Of a DNA stretch of 64,000 nucleotides, positions 37,114 through 50,757 are shown in pieces. The stretch spans positions 91,091-155,090 of the forward strand of contig DF237002.1 in the NCBI GenBank assembly GCA_000708835.1, in the 5' to 3' direction. The stretch is from Klebsormidium nitens (lineage: Eukaryota; Plantae; Klebsormidiophyceae). Below the pieces are notes generated by a model. That model made no database searches. It worked only from the letters and a program-made list of their open reading frames with translations, and had not been told where the DNA came from. A program made the position numbers and the translations under genes. Within the stretch, counting starts at the first letter, position 1. Every line of letters begins with the position of its first letter.

Positions 37114-40100
37114 TTACCATCTTCTGACGAGGGACGATAAAAGCTGCACGGGGACAAAAACCACAGAGTTCACAACAGCGTTTGCGGCGAGCCCATAATC
37201 GCGAGTGCCGCGCATCACATCTTATAGGCTTTCTCAATTTTCAATTGACAAGATACACGAAGGAAGTGCATGCACAACCACAGACATGGATCACCCTCCT
37301 ATTCTTGACAGTCAATCGGAAAAGCGAGCCGCGGGTTATCTCCAAACGGGGGCTTCCGCTGAGCCCTTCACACTCATCGCCCGGCTTCAAGCGCCACCAT
37401 AAAGCACGGGTTCACCACAGAATCGTACCTCCAGAAACTCGAACGCGCTTCCCGACCGGTTTCCCACGTCTCTCTTTCCCCCCGTCGCAGCCAGGGCGGC
37501 CCTCCAGCCCACCAAGAGAACGAAGGTGCTGGCCAGCGTGACCAGGATGAACGGCGTGGGGGGGACCTGACCTTTCAAAACTCCTCGGATGACGATGCCG
37601 AGCTGCAATGAGGAGGTCATAAGAACAGATTAGATTCACAATGGGCAACGATCGAGGGGCCGGAAGGGAGCCCGTCACTTGCAAATATCGTTCCGTTAAG
37701 ATAAGCAAGGGACGACGGGCAATGCCTTTTCGGATCTTTTGTTGCTCTTGGCAACTCGGCCGAGAGAGCAGATGAGTGTAGTGATCGTCAGGCGAATGGA
37801 CAGGTGTGAAGGACAGCTGCCGCAATAGCTTCGGATGTTGGGTTTGCAAGGAAGACAGTTTGCAACTTGTTCCCCGTGCAGCAAAATTGCGCCGAACATA
37901 AACCCATGCGGTACCTGCTTCATAGCAAACATTTGGGGGCTCCGAACGAACAGAAAAATCCTCAAAAATGGCACGCGAAAGGCCCTTCACCAACGCAAGA
38001 AGCGGCAGAGATGAGCAGCGCAAGCTTTGAGAAGTGGCGAAAATCCGAAGGTGGGGGGATCAAGTCGGGTATTGATCAGATATTGAGCGGAACTTGTGGC
38101 GGCTTACTGGGATGCCCACAGCCCAGGCGATGCCGGTAGTCGTAACTGCCTTCAGGGGGCCGGACAAAGTTGCATCAGCACCGTAGCCGCCCAACAAAGT
38201 CGCTGAGGCGAACCAACCTGCGGGTGCGAGTACAGGACACTTTAATGCTGTATTCAATGCCCCAGGATGTGTCGAAAACTGAAGCGCTACGTGCCAGGTG
38301 ATCAGCACACATGTAGTCCCCAATAGGAGCACTATGTAATGAGTGAATTAGCACATACGTAGTCCGCAAATGCTTCTGGTGCCGACTCTACTATAAGGAG
38401 CTAGTTGCAAGCATGGGTCTGCCAGTATGTCAAGACGGTAACCTCTGGTTGAATGCACCAGCGCACTACATAAGAAGGAATTCGCCCAAGCAGAAGTGCG
38501 GTGAACCAGGCCCCATTCACGGCCTGCTCTTGGCAGAAAAACATCGAAACACTTCCAACGGGGGACGCACTTCTCAAGGGTGAAAAAGGTGCAGAGAGCA
38601 CAGGCAAGGCCATCAATATTCATCCAGGCGTGATCGAATGCGGGCGCGCCAAAAGCTCAGCTCTCTAGATTCTCTAACTGGGGATACCAGATAAGGGCTT
38701 TGAATCTAAAGTCCTTACCGACCAAGAAAGGGGCTGCCGTTGGCACCACCCCAAAGTCCGCTGTTCCTGAGTGGCTGACCTTCCCAGCAAGGGCAAAGAG
38801 GAGCAGGGCCACCGTGTCTCCAGCCACCAGAAGTGCTAGCCGCCTTGCAGAAGGAGAGAACAATTTTATTGGGCTGTGATCAACCAGGCGTTTGATGGTT
38901 GGAGAGAGTAGGATATGTGTCAAAACGTGAGTGCCGGCAGTGGGAGGAGCAAGAGACCGCAATCTCAGCACTACACGAAGGGGCGATTGCGACATAGATG
39001 GGGAAACCTCAAGTAGGATGAGCATGGCATGTTAGGAAGGCAATCCAGAGTACGCGGTTGGAAAGTTTTATCAGGGGTTTTATGATTGTGGACCCAGGCA
39101 GTCAAGTGAGGCAGCTGTTGGGAAAGCCAGAAGTTTGATGATAGCCGGAGAGTGTTGGTGAGAGGCAAATAAGACAGGAGCGTTCCAAACGCGCTCGAAG
39201 ATCATGAGGGAGGGCCATCAAAGATTGTAGGAACTGATTGCCTCAAGTGTGCATTCTCTTGGTCATGCTAACAGTGAATGCAGGCAGTGTGCGTTTCATC
39301 AAAAAGGGGGATGTATTTTGTGCCATGAATTACAGGAAGCAGGCACCAGAAGGTAGTCAAAGAAAATCTGAAACGTCAGCTAACGGAAGGGCAGTACCAT
39401 AAGAGAGGTGGCTGTTCACAAAACTTCTGTATGGCCACCTGCAAATCAACTTCGTTTGCAGTTCCCAGTTCAAAAACAGAGAATGGGGGGACAGGCGTAA
39501 CCACTGAGTTGAATCAGTCCAGTCCTCTAAGCTTTCAAGAGTCTTAGAGTCTGGTTGCTTCCAAGATGCGAAACTACTCAGGCAGCATGGTCGGACAGGA
39601 AAAAACCGCATGCATTGAGCTGCTGGTTACGCTCAATCTTAGATGCAAAACAAACATGTTGCGCAATGTTGCATTTCTGCTTCTTCTATTGAGAACCTTT
39701 TGGCGCCAGCAATAAACTGTTATTCTTGAAAAGGTTTTTGAACCATCATAACTGCAGAAGCAGAAGCAAATAAGATGTCAGAGAACCAGATAAACAGATA
39801 TCCCTACCCAAGATTCATGTTGTCCTCGCCCCTGTCGATCTTGGCCACCCCTTCCACCACCACATTTTCATCTTCTACGGCGTATGTCTTTAGGTTTGGG
39901 TCCGCCTCTTGCACTTTTACTTTCGGCCTGCGCACATATCTCTTCCCCGGAGCTTCAGAGGTACTCGCTTCCTCACCGCTCGCCGCTGCTCGACACCCCT
40001 TATCTACTCTTTTTAGATGAACTTGCTCTGTCAAGGAGTGTGTTTTAAGGGACGGCCTACCAATGTATGAAGAACATGTTTTGTCAATCGAAGGAAACGA

Positions 40101-40208
40101 GTGGAAATCTGCTGTTGCCAACGTGCGGCATTGTGACTGTTTGCAGCTGCTCTGGATAGACACCACCTCAGAGAAGGAGCAAGCCGCACAGCTGGTTGAG
40201 CACGCCAT
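37114..40208 (-). CDS. DUF3054-family membrane protein with probable plastid transit peptide
   Basis: Exons 40208-39808 (Ser/Cys-rich N-terminus), 38843-38719 (LVAGDTVALLLFALAGKVSHSG..TAAPFLVG), 38217-38108 (WFASATLLGGYG..AWAVGIP), 37602-37429 (LGIVIRG..PPTPFILVTLASTFVLLVGWRA..SGSAFEFLE) and 37143-37114 (LLSSLVRRW*). This matches my recollection of plant DUF3054 proteins. Confidence 0.8.
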
Positions 40209-41171
40209 GACAGTGCAGAGAGACAGCGGAAGAGACTAGGAATTCCGAATTGTGCTGGAATTGTTTCCAAGTATTTAAGGCACAAGCAGCAGCTCAGCCT
40301 CAGCCTCAGGCCCAGCCTCCAGGGCTTCCGCAGCTTGTATGCTTGCACGCTTGACAAACGTCGATCGTGACCTGCGGCGCATCTGTCACCGTCGGATGAC
40401 CTATGCGCGCACCTTCTACTGGCTTCCCACAGTTTCAAAGTGCACAGCACCGACGGCAAAGGAATGGTGGTGCAACAACGATTCATCAGATAGCATGGCG
40501 CTTTCACAAAGTAGAATCCATCAAACGAGATCTGATACCCATACCAAAGATTCGTCTGCAAGGCCCAAGCCGCAGGCTTACAAGTCGACCAACTTGCTGG
40601 GTCATGTCAGAAGTGCACGAGGAGGGCTTCGAAACAATCATCAGTGAACTGCACTCCTTATGACGTGGCCGAGATGGTAGAGAGAGCAAACGTGTACTTG
40701 AGAGCGGACATGTATTATAGGGCCCCTGCTTAATCTGGCATCCTTTCACAAGTTGGAGGAGTATCCTACTGGTTCTCGCACCATGAATGTGAGGTACGTG
40801 TCCAATTTTGAACAAAATATGCAGCTGATTGGCATTCTTCTGCCGGATGTGCAAAGACTAGCTGAGCTGCAGGACTGGCCTGGATATTCATGCACGTCAA
40901 TACGTTTGTACGGAATGCACCTCAGGGCACTCTGACCCCCTGAACTTGTATCAAAACTTCAAACAGAAAGCGCCTCGGCGCTAGCGCTGTTCTATCTTGT
41001 TTTAACTCCTATTCAAACGCAAAACAAGGTATCAGGGACAAAAACTACAGCGCAGCCGTTATATGCCAAAATGCCCACAATATCAGGAGTTGACATCATG
41101 CACTGGCTACTAGTGACAATTGAACAGTCTTGGTCCTACTCCACAAAGCTCATCAACTGTGCAATCGGTAG

Positions 41172-44100
41172 CTACGGTTCTTGGCTCCCTGGAGAGACGA
41201 GCCTGGGGGCATGGTGAGCAGCTCCTGTTGGCGTCTCTGGAACGTCAGCGGCCGGTGGGGGTCTCGGGGTTGCAGCTGCAGAAGGATGGTACGTCTGGGT
41301 GGGCATCGATCCAAATGCCGCGTGCACAGCTTCCAGGTGCGTCAGGCCCTTCTTCGTAATCTGCGGATAAGAGAAGCTCAGTATGGTCAGAGCCGACTCA
41401 AGATGCAGATCTTGCCTGGATATTAGCAATGTTGCCGAGCCTGTCAAGCTGTTCAAAGTCGTAAGTACACAGCTTCAGTTCAAGACACCAAACCAAAGGT
41501 GCGTCACGATCAACAGGCAAGTCAGTTTGTTGCACGACGAGCGGGCGGGGCTGTTCGTTACCTTGTAGATAAATGGATCAGGGCGGCCCCCAGTGCCACG
41601 TCTGTTGACTTTCTTGTCGCTGACCAGCCTGCAGTAAGAAAAGGGATAGAGCATCAATCAACCCTGCGCTTGCACCTGGAGATCGTTCTTTTTCGAAGGT
41701 TCATGCCTGCTCATTGCGCTCAGGACGCTAGCACCTGGGCTGAACTCAATCTAAAGATCCCATCAACTTTTTGCGTTGCAAAAGATGAACGTGCTAAGAT
41801 ATCAGATGCAACGTGACTGGATAGACTGATGACTGGTGAGATGGAGTCTCAAACTTACATTCTGAGCGCTTTGCTGGTGTCGGGCGTGTTCCCCATCTCC
41901 TTGCGGATCACGCTCTCAGGCGTCCGCTCCCGGCCGATGTAGTTCAAGATGTAGCGCGCGAACTTCTGGATGCGAGTCTCTTTGCCCCCGGAAGGATGAA
42001 CTCTCTTGTCGCCCAGGCATGCTTCCAGAGTCGCGCTCTGAGATGCGATGGGGCTGCTGTCAGGAGTTGCTGCTGCCTTGCTGGTCTTTGGGGCCACCTT
42101 GAACGCCCCAGCTCGCTTCTTCTCCTCCAGCTTATTGCCCTTCTTCAGCTTCAGTCCCTTCGTACCCTCCTTCTTCTCAGCCTTCTCTTGCACTTTCGCC
42201 TTTCTCTTGCCCGACGTTCCCTTCTCCTTTGGCCCTCCTCCCGTCGGCTTCTTCTTGTGGCTCTTCTTCTTCTCGTCTGCCTTCCCCTTTCCTTTCACAA
42301 GGACCCGCACCGCCTGCTTCTTCTTGGACACCTTCACATTTCCGGCGCTTCGCTTGGCCTTCTTGTCCCTCTTGCCTTCTCGCTTCTCCTTGTTTTTTGT
42401 GCCCTCGCGGGCGTGCTTTGGCGGCCTCCCCCTCTTCTTGACGGCGACCCCTTCCACTTCGAGCTTCGGCTTCTTTGGCTCAGGCGGCACGCGCAGTGCC
42501 AGCTCAGCAGCCCTCTTCACTTTCTGAAGCTCGCTCTTATCGTCGCGCTCCCCTTCCTCAGGGTTCACGGTTTCTTTCTTTGAGACGAACCGACCCTTTG
42601 GTGACCTCAGCAGACCACGTGGGGACTTGACCTGCGTGACGCTGTCTGTGTCCAACTTCCGCTTCTTCTCCGCAGCAGCACAAGGTGTCTCCTGCTCGAG
42701 AGACCTCTGCTTGTTCCCCTCACATGCGTTGAGTGACTGCAGAGGCGACTTGACGGGGCGTGGACTGAAGATCTCTGCTGCCAGGCCTGAGCTCGATTCT
42801 TTGTGAGGACGCTTCTTCAGGGGCAGAGCTTTCCTGCGCGGGCTGGTGGCTTCTTGCTCTCCTCTGGCGACTTTAGGAAAGTCTTCTTGGATGGAATCCA
42901 AGGTCTGGGAGGTAGAAAGCGTCGAGGCCTTGCACGTTTGGAAGGAGACCGGGGTCCTTGGCTTGCGCAGAATCTGCGAAGCGAGACGAATCTTTTCTGA
43001 TGCATACAGCAGAGCATACGAAGGGACCCCATAGATAAACTGATTCGAAAGCAGGCAGGTTGCAGGTCCAAGCAGCAAGTTTGCTTGCTTCAACACGACA
43101 GCCAGATTTCTTCTCTGCACTCTTTCAATCCAAGTTTTACATTCTCTATCAAGAACTCCTGAGAAGCTCATCAATGATCGAGTATTACAACAGGAAATTT
43201 CTACAGAAATATTCATACCGCAACCACGTTGCTCACCTTTCCGGCATCATGATTTGGCTGGTCCGATGGGGATCTGCACTCTGTCGCAACGGATGCAAGC
43301 CAGTCCAGCCGTTCCAGCCCAGGCATCCCGCTGCAGGACGTTGCCAGGCTTCCACGGCTTCGAGCTGGTCTCTCGAAATTAGTGCTCTTCACCCCGCCTG
43401 TCCTGCCACAGTTCGAAGCAACAGCTCGCGCACCCGTTTGCCCTTCTTGTACTCCCTTCTTTTCTTCGTCCAGGGAGTCACTAGCTTCGGCCTCACCCTC
43501 AGCATCTCGACCCAGGGGCCCCATCAGGCGAACACATGCTGGTTCTTCCTCCAGCATCTTGGCACTTTCCCTGAGCTTTCTGAGCACGTGCGGCGGCTTC
43601 TGCCACTGCTTTGCCATCGGGGGGGGCTGCAAAGGACTGCTGACTTCCTCTCCAGGGCAGTCGTCTTCTTCTGGGGCTTCCACACGATTGAGCAGCGTTT
43701 TCGACCTGTGCTTCGCGCTGCACTTAGGGCTGGAATCGGGCTCGTGACGCGGTAGAGAAGGCCCCACAAGCTCGTTCCCATCACCCTGAACTTGTCTCAT
43801 CCGCATTCCCTGCTGTCTCTGGCTATAGGTGTTCAGAGAAGCTGCGTGCTCACTAGAGAAAGGCTTGTGAAAGTCACTGCAAATGTCTTGCAAGCCAGCA
43901 AAAGTTCCTGAAGTCGCACGATCGCTTGTGACTGCTGGCCTGGTTTCCAGATTGTGAATTGCGGGCTTTTCCTGACTGTCCAAACCATTCTCAAAGCTTC
44001 GAGAGAAGCCTATTGGGACATTTTGAACCCTAGAGCTGCCAAGCTTGCTTAGGACGTTGCCTTGTAGGTCACACGAGGAGCTGCCTGGGAGGCGAAGAAT

Positions 44101-44622
44101 GGGACTCGACCAAGCTTCGAATGCTGAAGGCGACTCTAGTTTTGAGGAGAACAGATTTGGATGGGCTCTAACGTCTGTGGTTGGTGGGAAGAACCTGACA
44201 TCGACAGCCCTGGAAACAGGGACAGAGCCTTTTACCTGGGTCCCATGCTCTGTCTGGCTACCAATGCTGGCTGTTTGTCCAAAAGCAGGGCTCGCATTGG
44301 TGGCCAGAACACCCGTAAGTGCAGGCTGGCCTGGTTCGAAAGGCAGATTGCAGGACTGGCTGGGCTCTACACCCGCAATGTTACTTCTCTGCAGCTGAAG
44401 ATCGAGAGTGCTGCTTCCAGGATCAAAGTCACTGCTAATCGGGTTCTGGAGGATCGACGAGAGAAAACCCCCTGACTGTGTTTGGTTGGCAGCTTCAGAG
44501 GCTGGATCCACGTTGATCCGACCCTGCTGTTGATGCTCCAAATGCTGACTTGCAAGGAGACTTCTGTGCCTGCCAGAAAGCAAGGGATATCTATGAATGC
44601 GTGTCGCAACAACAAACGTCAA
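41172..44622 (-). CDS. Large low-complexity nuclear protein with AT-hook, Lys-rich tract and C-terminal HTH-like domain (5' end uncertain)
   Basis: Long open exons ~44600-43237 and 42973-41859, then 41628-41562 and 41360-41172. The product contains KKRGRPPKH (AT-hook), a Lys-rich stretch and the C-terminal FARYILNYIGRERTPESVIRKEMGNTPDTSKALRM|LVSDKKVNRRGTGGRPDPFIYK, which resembles a plant helical DNA-binding domain (G-D/N-S/T-PDTSKALR motif). Confidence 0.7.
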
Positions 44623-46993
44623 GCCAGCTTGATTTTTGGCAAGGGCGATCCAGTTGAATTGAAAGAGAAAATAACATCAGACAATCAAAAGCAGCCTCAA
44701 AGAAACTCCCAAGAATTTTCGGTTTTCAGCTCTATAATGCAATATAGGAAAAAATCAGAATCCTGATAATTCAGTCAGACCTCTCAATCCTTCACAGCTT
44801 CAAGAGTGGCTCTGAACTTTGGCATTGAATAGTTGGCTCTAAGAAGTTAAGTTGGCCACCCACCAGTCTGCGTTGTATCTCTTGAAGGGGTATGCTGGAT
44901 TCTGCAGTTGACTCGAACAAGCAAAGCTTGGAAGTGATAGCTGGCTGGGCAGTGGACAAGCTTCTGTGCCACTGTAAAAACCTGCAAAAGTCCTGATTTT
45001 AGAGTCGTAATGCATTACAAGTACTGAATGCAGTTTCTCTAAGTTACACACCAACAAATCAACATTGAAAATGGAAGAGCTCTAGATCTGTTTATTTTCA
45101 TCTTCGTTCTATTACTGATTGAGAAAATCAACCCTTCATTCCTTCGACAAGGCAAACAGTTCTAATCATACAGATCCAGAAACAATCTGCAGAAAAGCGA
45201 TCACTTTCAAACTCACCGTGAAGACCTGTCATGTTTGACAAGGGCAGTTGTGAAGCTCCCGAATCATTGACAACGGGGAAGAAAGCGGTCATCCAGTCGT
45301 GGGGCTCCATTTCGAAAATCTGACACAGTCCTCAACTGCAAAGACTACCCTCCAACCAGCCCTCAATTTCAAAAGCAGGTTTTCTGCTTCGTTAAACCAT
45401 ACTGCTCTCAGATCAGACCTTCTCCTCCAAGAGAGTATCTTTTTGAGATTAAGTCCCGCCTGTTCAAAGCCAACGGCTCCCGAGGAGCTCAACGCTCAAG
45501 CCATCGTCCCTGCTTCTTTCCTGTCCAGGCAACCTGTTACAACGCACGCCTACCATCTCGAAGCCGCACGCTCCCAAAAAAGATCTTAAGGCTGCAATCT
45601 CCCGCTCCATTCTTCCTTTGTGGCTTGAATCAGATCACGGCGTCCTGTTTCTCCGTGCATGTTCAGTTCTGCTAGTGCTTCTGCTCTCGACTTGCTTCGT
45701 CGTCGATCCACATCAGACAATTTATCCAGGCACATGCGCTTCGACGGGGCCACGTGACGCTACAAGCCGAAGCCTTGCAAAAGAAATCATGTGAAGTGAA
45801 TCAGATCGTTTGAGTGGGATGATCATGAAATAGGCGGGAGGAAGGAATCCATGACGATCGGACGGTCCACGTTTCGCTGGCAACAAGCGGGAAGATCCTG
45901 TGAGCGAAAAGCACTGGCGGAAATGGATTTGAATACGAACAGAGATTTGGCAATGGCCTTGAGCGGAGCGAAGGTCGAACTGCATTCACGATATAACAGT
46001 AAGACAAGATTTTGTCAATAGTATTGTCTGCATCTCTAGACTCGATTAGTCGTTCCTGTGGCCGGATCGCTGGAGGATTGTGTGACTCTGGCCGGGCTTG
46101 AGTTAACATGTCGGAATGTCACCAGTGATTACGCTCTGCATGGGCTCGCTCAGTAAAGCGTTGATCTGGTTCTGACCTTGACAAACATTAGCTTCTCAAT
46201 CAATCACTTGCTCCGCGCATGGCTCGCGCGACCGCCAGCTTGCAAGTCCGCATGGCGGCCCCCATGTGATTTGCATGTGACCATACGTGGCCTACAGCGC
46301 GGCGCCCACCATGTGCTCGGGCCAGCTTACAGTGCTGACGTATATGGTAGCATGAGCCACTACTAAGTTGCACGCGACAAACTACCGATGATCACGTACG
46401 TCAGATCCAATTGCACATCTGCAGAATCCATGTCCTCGGCAGCATCTAGATATGCACCTTGATGATCCGATCGGACCGTAGTTATAGTAAGCCGCCTAGC
46501 GGGGTATGTGGAGAAGATGCATGCGGGCCTAGCTGCAGCTTCTGTATGAATGCTCGAGTGCAATATTTATACAGGAAATTCTACGCACAAAGCCTCAGGG
46601 CAGATAATCCCGAATCAAACGTTTGCACAATGATATTTCACGTGTGGAACAAGACAAAGTTTATGCAATACAGATCCGTTTAGGCAGTTCTGCAGGACTT
46701 GCCGCGCACGCCTAGCTAGCTATCGCCATGAAGCTTTTTATAGGGGCCACATATGGGGCATGCGCGGTCATGTATCCAAAATCTTGCTGCGGCCTGTTTG
46801 CATCGTTTTTGACAGCATCTGGCTGATTCTAGGCAACTGTACTAATGCAAGACGAGGCGTATTTTGCACTGCACTGCGGCATAGATCACTTGAAGCACAT
46901 GCTGGCATGCTGCATCGAGTGTATAAGTTCGTCGGAGTACTAGAAAGGTAGACATACACATGCGCGTTTTACCAGTAGACCTCGAAACAAAGA

Positions 46994-49900
46994 TCAGTCC
47001 CAAGGTAATCGTCCTTGATACAATCGCGGCCCGCAGTATGTAAAAAGCGCTTCCATCTCCGGACAACCTTGAGGGTACGGCAGCCTCCTCCGATAAGGGT
47101 CCCTCAAAAGCCTCTTCTCGTGCAGCGCGCCGTTGCAGCCGTATGGATCTTCTTTGTACATGGCCGCGACCTGCAAGCGAAATGTCACGTGAGGGAACTT
47201 TCCGTTTCAAAGATTCTCTGCGACTCTCTGAAACTGGAAAGCCACCTGTGCTCCCTGGCGTGCAACATACTGAATCTAGCTAGAAGCAATTGAAGGTACA
47301 AGCAAGCTTCATGACCACACGATGTGCAACGGAAACCTGCGTTGCGAGAAACTTGTCGTCTTCTTCGTAGCAATCTTCTTTGCATGAGTACTGCTCACAA
47401 TCAGCTCTGACAATAAACAAGGAATGAAGTACTGAGAGATAGCGGAATTCGAAAACTCGTGGCGACTTCGGATGTCCTGCTGTCCTGGTTGGAAATCCCT
47501 TCAAGACGACAGGGTTCGATAGGGAGAAGGAGCAAATCAATTGTCGGAAGCTGTCGGAATTCCATAAAAGGATCGGCTGGCGTCTGTAGAGTCCTATCAA
47601 GAAGCGCTGAAGCTACCGCCAGGCAGACGGGAACGGGTGATACAGTTCGAAAGCGAGGTCTGGCACCACAATTGAGCGGGACGCATCGATGCTAGAAAGA
47701 CAGAAGGAGAGGTTGAGGACAGTGTCGGTTGGCACCAAACTTCACTGGAAGTCTTAGATAGTCCATATGTGGCTGACACGTACTAACGAGCAAGGTACAT
47801 CTACGAAGTCTGCTTCGGGCTGCTTCAAGCTGCTTCAAGAGTGGTGCGCACGTCCCCTCAGCTGCAACAGAAGTCCTGAACTCCTGTGTGACATCCCGAG
47901 AAGGCCTGACTCGCGACTAAGCCGGACAAAGGGACAAATTGGGCCGATCGATTCGGCAAAAGTCACAATTGTGAAAGAATGACGCCACCTACCTTCGCCT
48001 CGCCTTCCCGCGCTGCCGTTTGCACCGATTCCGCTGCCGGGGTCCCCACGTAGAAGAAACGGCTGGCGGGAAACGCGATGGCGTCTCGGTGCAGGCTGGC
48101 AAAACGCCCCTCCTTGAACGCATAACTTACGACCTGGGCCGCAACATACGGACGGTTATTGAAATGAGTGGAATGAACGGTGACAAGCAGAAGGTTACAA
48201 GTACTGTCTTGGATGCGACCTTGACTGTGTAAAAGGAAAACCTGCGCCGATCGAACAAGCCGTTTTGACTGTTCGTACAGGGGCTGGATACTTGTCCTGA
48301 ATCTCGCTTCATGGAGCTCCGTTAACCGTCGATTGGGCCTTATTGATCGCTCAATGATCGACACTTCCCTCAAACACTATCCTATTTCGCATCCGCCTTT
48401 CTGCCTGCTTCTTGAGGGACTCCTGCGACAGAAGCGAACCGACACGCAATGCTTCCGCAAACATCCTACTCTAGGTCTGGTAGTGCGCCGCATCTGGTAA
48501 TGCATCGCTTCTGGTAGTGCATCGCTTCGCATGCACTCCCCAATGCCAAAAGCTCGCGAGGACTTTTAAAAAGCCAGAGCCGTACCGTGATATTTAAAGG
48601 GTAGTGGCCCGTGAGCTCCCGGAAGCGGCACACACTGAAAAGCAGGTTCTCAAAGCTGTCCCGCGCGTGCTCTTCAGTGACTGCTCGGCCCCGCACGCTC
48701 GCCGCCTGCCCTGCACAGAGTTTCAGTGGTAGGCATGCCGTTAGGGCCAATACTTTCTGCCTCCTTTCTAGTTTCTGTGTCCGAGTTGTCTTGTCCCCTA
48801 TCGCACATATTGAGGACCCTTGGCTTCTTTCTTCCTTTCCTTCAGCTTCTCTTGTCATTGCACCAGGACCACATACGAGCAGGACCCTCGCCCTGATGGG
48901 TTCATGGAGAAGAAGGCAAGCCAATCAAGATCGAAGATGCACAGGAGGTGCATCTATTACGCACCAAAAGTTCAGATTGACCTTTCTATTCCTCTACTCT
49001 GTGTGGCAGATTTCCTCTCTCTCTACTCTGTGATACGACTTTTCTCATGACGAAGGTTGCCATGATGTTTTCAAACAAACGGAATCAACCTACGAATCAG
49101 TGATCTCCAGGTCGTTAGTCCAACGAAGCTAGTCGGTTGTTACTTTTTCCCATCATCCAATGCATCCTTCCCATGGAGCAAGAAAACCGAAGGAGTGGGA
49201 AGGAAGCTACTAGAATGACAGCAAAGCTCTCAGCGTAACATTGACACCCACCGTACCAGTCTGCAGCGTCCGCTACGGCCCAGTAGCTCTGAGCTTCGCT
49301 CTTCGGGCCGGCCTCCCGCCGTGTCTCTCCGCCACTGAACATCAGCAGGGCTCTTGGGTCCCTGTCCAGATGAAAAGGACGACCGCCATGGAAACAGAAT
49401 ACGGGGGCCTAGCTGTTCAGTTCTGGTGAGTGAAGCATTTGACAGGGACATTTGACATTCCATTGGCGACAGTTTGAGAACGTTAGAGAAGTTCGAATAC
49501 TTGGGAGTCATTAAAGCCTCGGAATGTTGTCAGGGAGTCTACAACGTTTGATTGGAGACCTACCTTGCAGCCTCTTTAATGCCTGCCCTGATGTGGTCCA
49601 CAAACGTTTGTGCCTGACCAGCGGCCTGCTGGTATGTCTCCAACCACCACGAACTCTGGAAGCAAAATTAGGTGGAAGTTTTTGTCAGCCTGAAACAGAT
49701 CATGGGGACTGGACAAAGAGCTTGATTACGATGAAGCTAGATTTGATTGTGGCTAAGCTAGATCAGGTCACCTTGGATCAGAGAGAAATTGAACAGCATC
49801 CTACTTCGATAGATCCTTCATAGGATGCGCATCAAAGCGAAGAGAACTTGGTTGATGAAACAACCCATGGGCAGATCTCCACACCAGAACTTGGAACATC

Positions 49901-50757
49901 TGGCGTCACTTCAGAAGTGACTCTGATATTGACAGACTCTGTTGATCAGACTTCGTCAACTCTGCGTGATTTTGCTTCCACTGCACATAGTCATCAGTTA
50001 TGCCTTTCCAGGTGCTTTTAGCAGGGTGCTCGAGGACTAAACCTGGTTTCTCAAGTGCCTGCAGGGCTGCACTTCTAACTTCGCCAAAGCAAGCCCTGCC
50101 GCAAGGTGATGTCACTCTCACATGAGCTTAGCTGTTGCGGTTACTAGTAAGCTCTCCCCCAGGAGCTGGAACATTGTCTCGCCAGAGAGCTTGACTACCT
50201 CCTTCATTCTCACAAACAGACTCCCTCGTTATTTCCATGTAATTAAGTGAGTGAGTCATTGTGATCCTCACTTTTTAGGAAGTGGTGAGCTGCAACTGCG
50301 ACCGCATTTGAAAGAGAACATAGTAACTGTGGGTCCTCCATTTCTAGCTCCAAAGAACTCCGAACCTCACCTCCGCGTCAGCATTTACGTAGTTGGCACT
50401 TGTGAAGACAGCATGTCCGGCCACCATCACAAGGTTTGAGAACCCAGCGAAAGGGGCTGGTCGCCCACCGTACATCTCAAGCCCATTACTGTCTAACAGC
50501 TGCCTACTTCTAGAACCAATCAATTGGAAGCCTACCAGCAGCCCAAAGCAGATGAGAACCACTGCAACAAGCATAGTCCTGTAGTGCCTTGCCCTAGAGG
50601 CACCAAGAACTCTGCTGCCGCTCCCGAGTCTGAGCAAATCGCCAAGGAAGCCATGTCGATCTTTCGGTGGACTTTTCAACCCTGATTCAAGATCGTCCAT
50701 GGATGCGTCCCGCAAGCGTGCCCCGCTCAACGTCAACATACTAGAGGAACGCAGCAT
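46994..50757 (-). CDS. Conserved uncharacterised protein, C57A10.07/YOR238W-like (DUF218-related), with N-terminal membrane anchor
   Basis: Exons 50757-50371 (TM segment, NLVMVAGHAVF), 49655-49564 (WWLETYQ..GQAQTFVDHI), 49361-49252 (LLMFSGGETRREAGPKSEAQSYW), 48710-48586 (TEEHARDSFENLLFSVCRFRELTGHYP), 48133-47993 and 47170-46994 (DPYGC..RDPY..YPQGCPE..CG..LPW). All join in frame. Confidence 0.85.

Noticed and set aside
41996-42583. Leu/Phe/Ser-rich plus-strand ORFs (195 aa and 159 aa) that look like membrane proteins
   Set aside because: They are antisense shadows of the Lys/Glu-rich minus-strand exon, whose A/G-rich codons give stop-free hydrophobic reverse frames.
49906-50121. Protein-like 71-aa minus-strand ORF inside the first intron of the C57A10.07-like gene
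   Set aside because: Exon 50371 splices in frame directly to 49655 and gives a continuous conserved sequence. The ORF has no recognisable homology.
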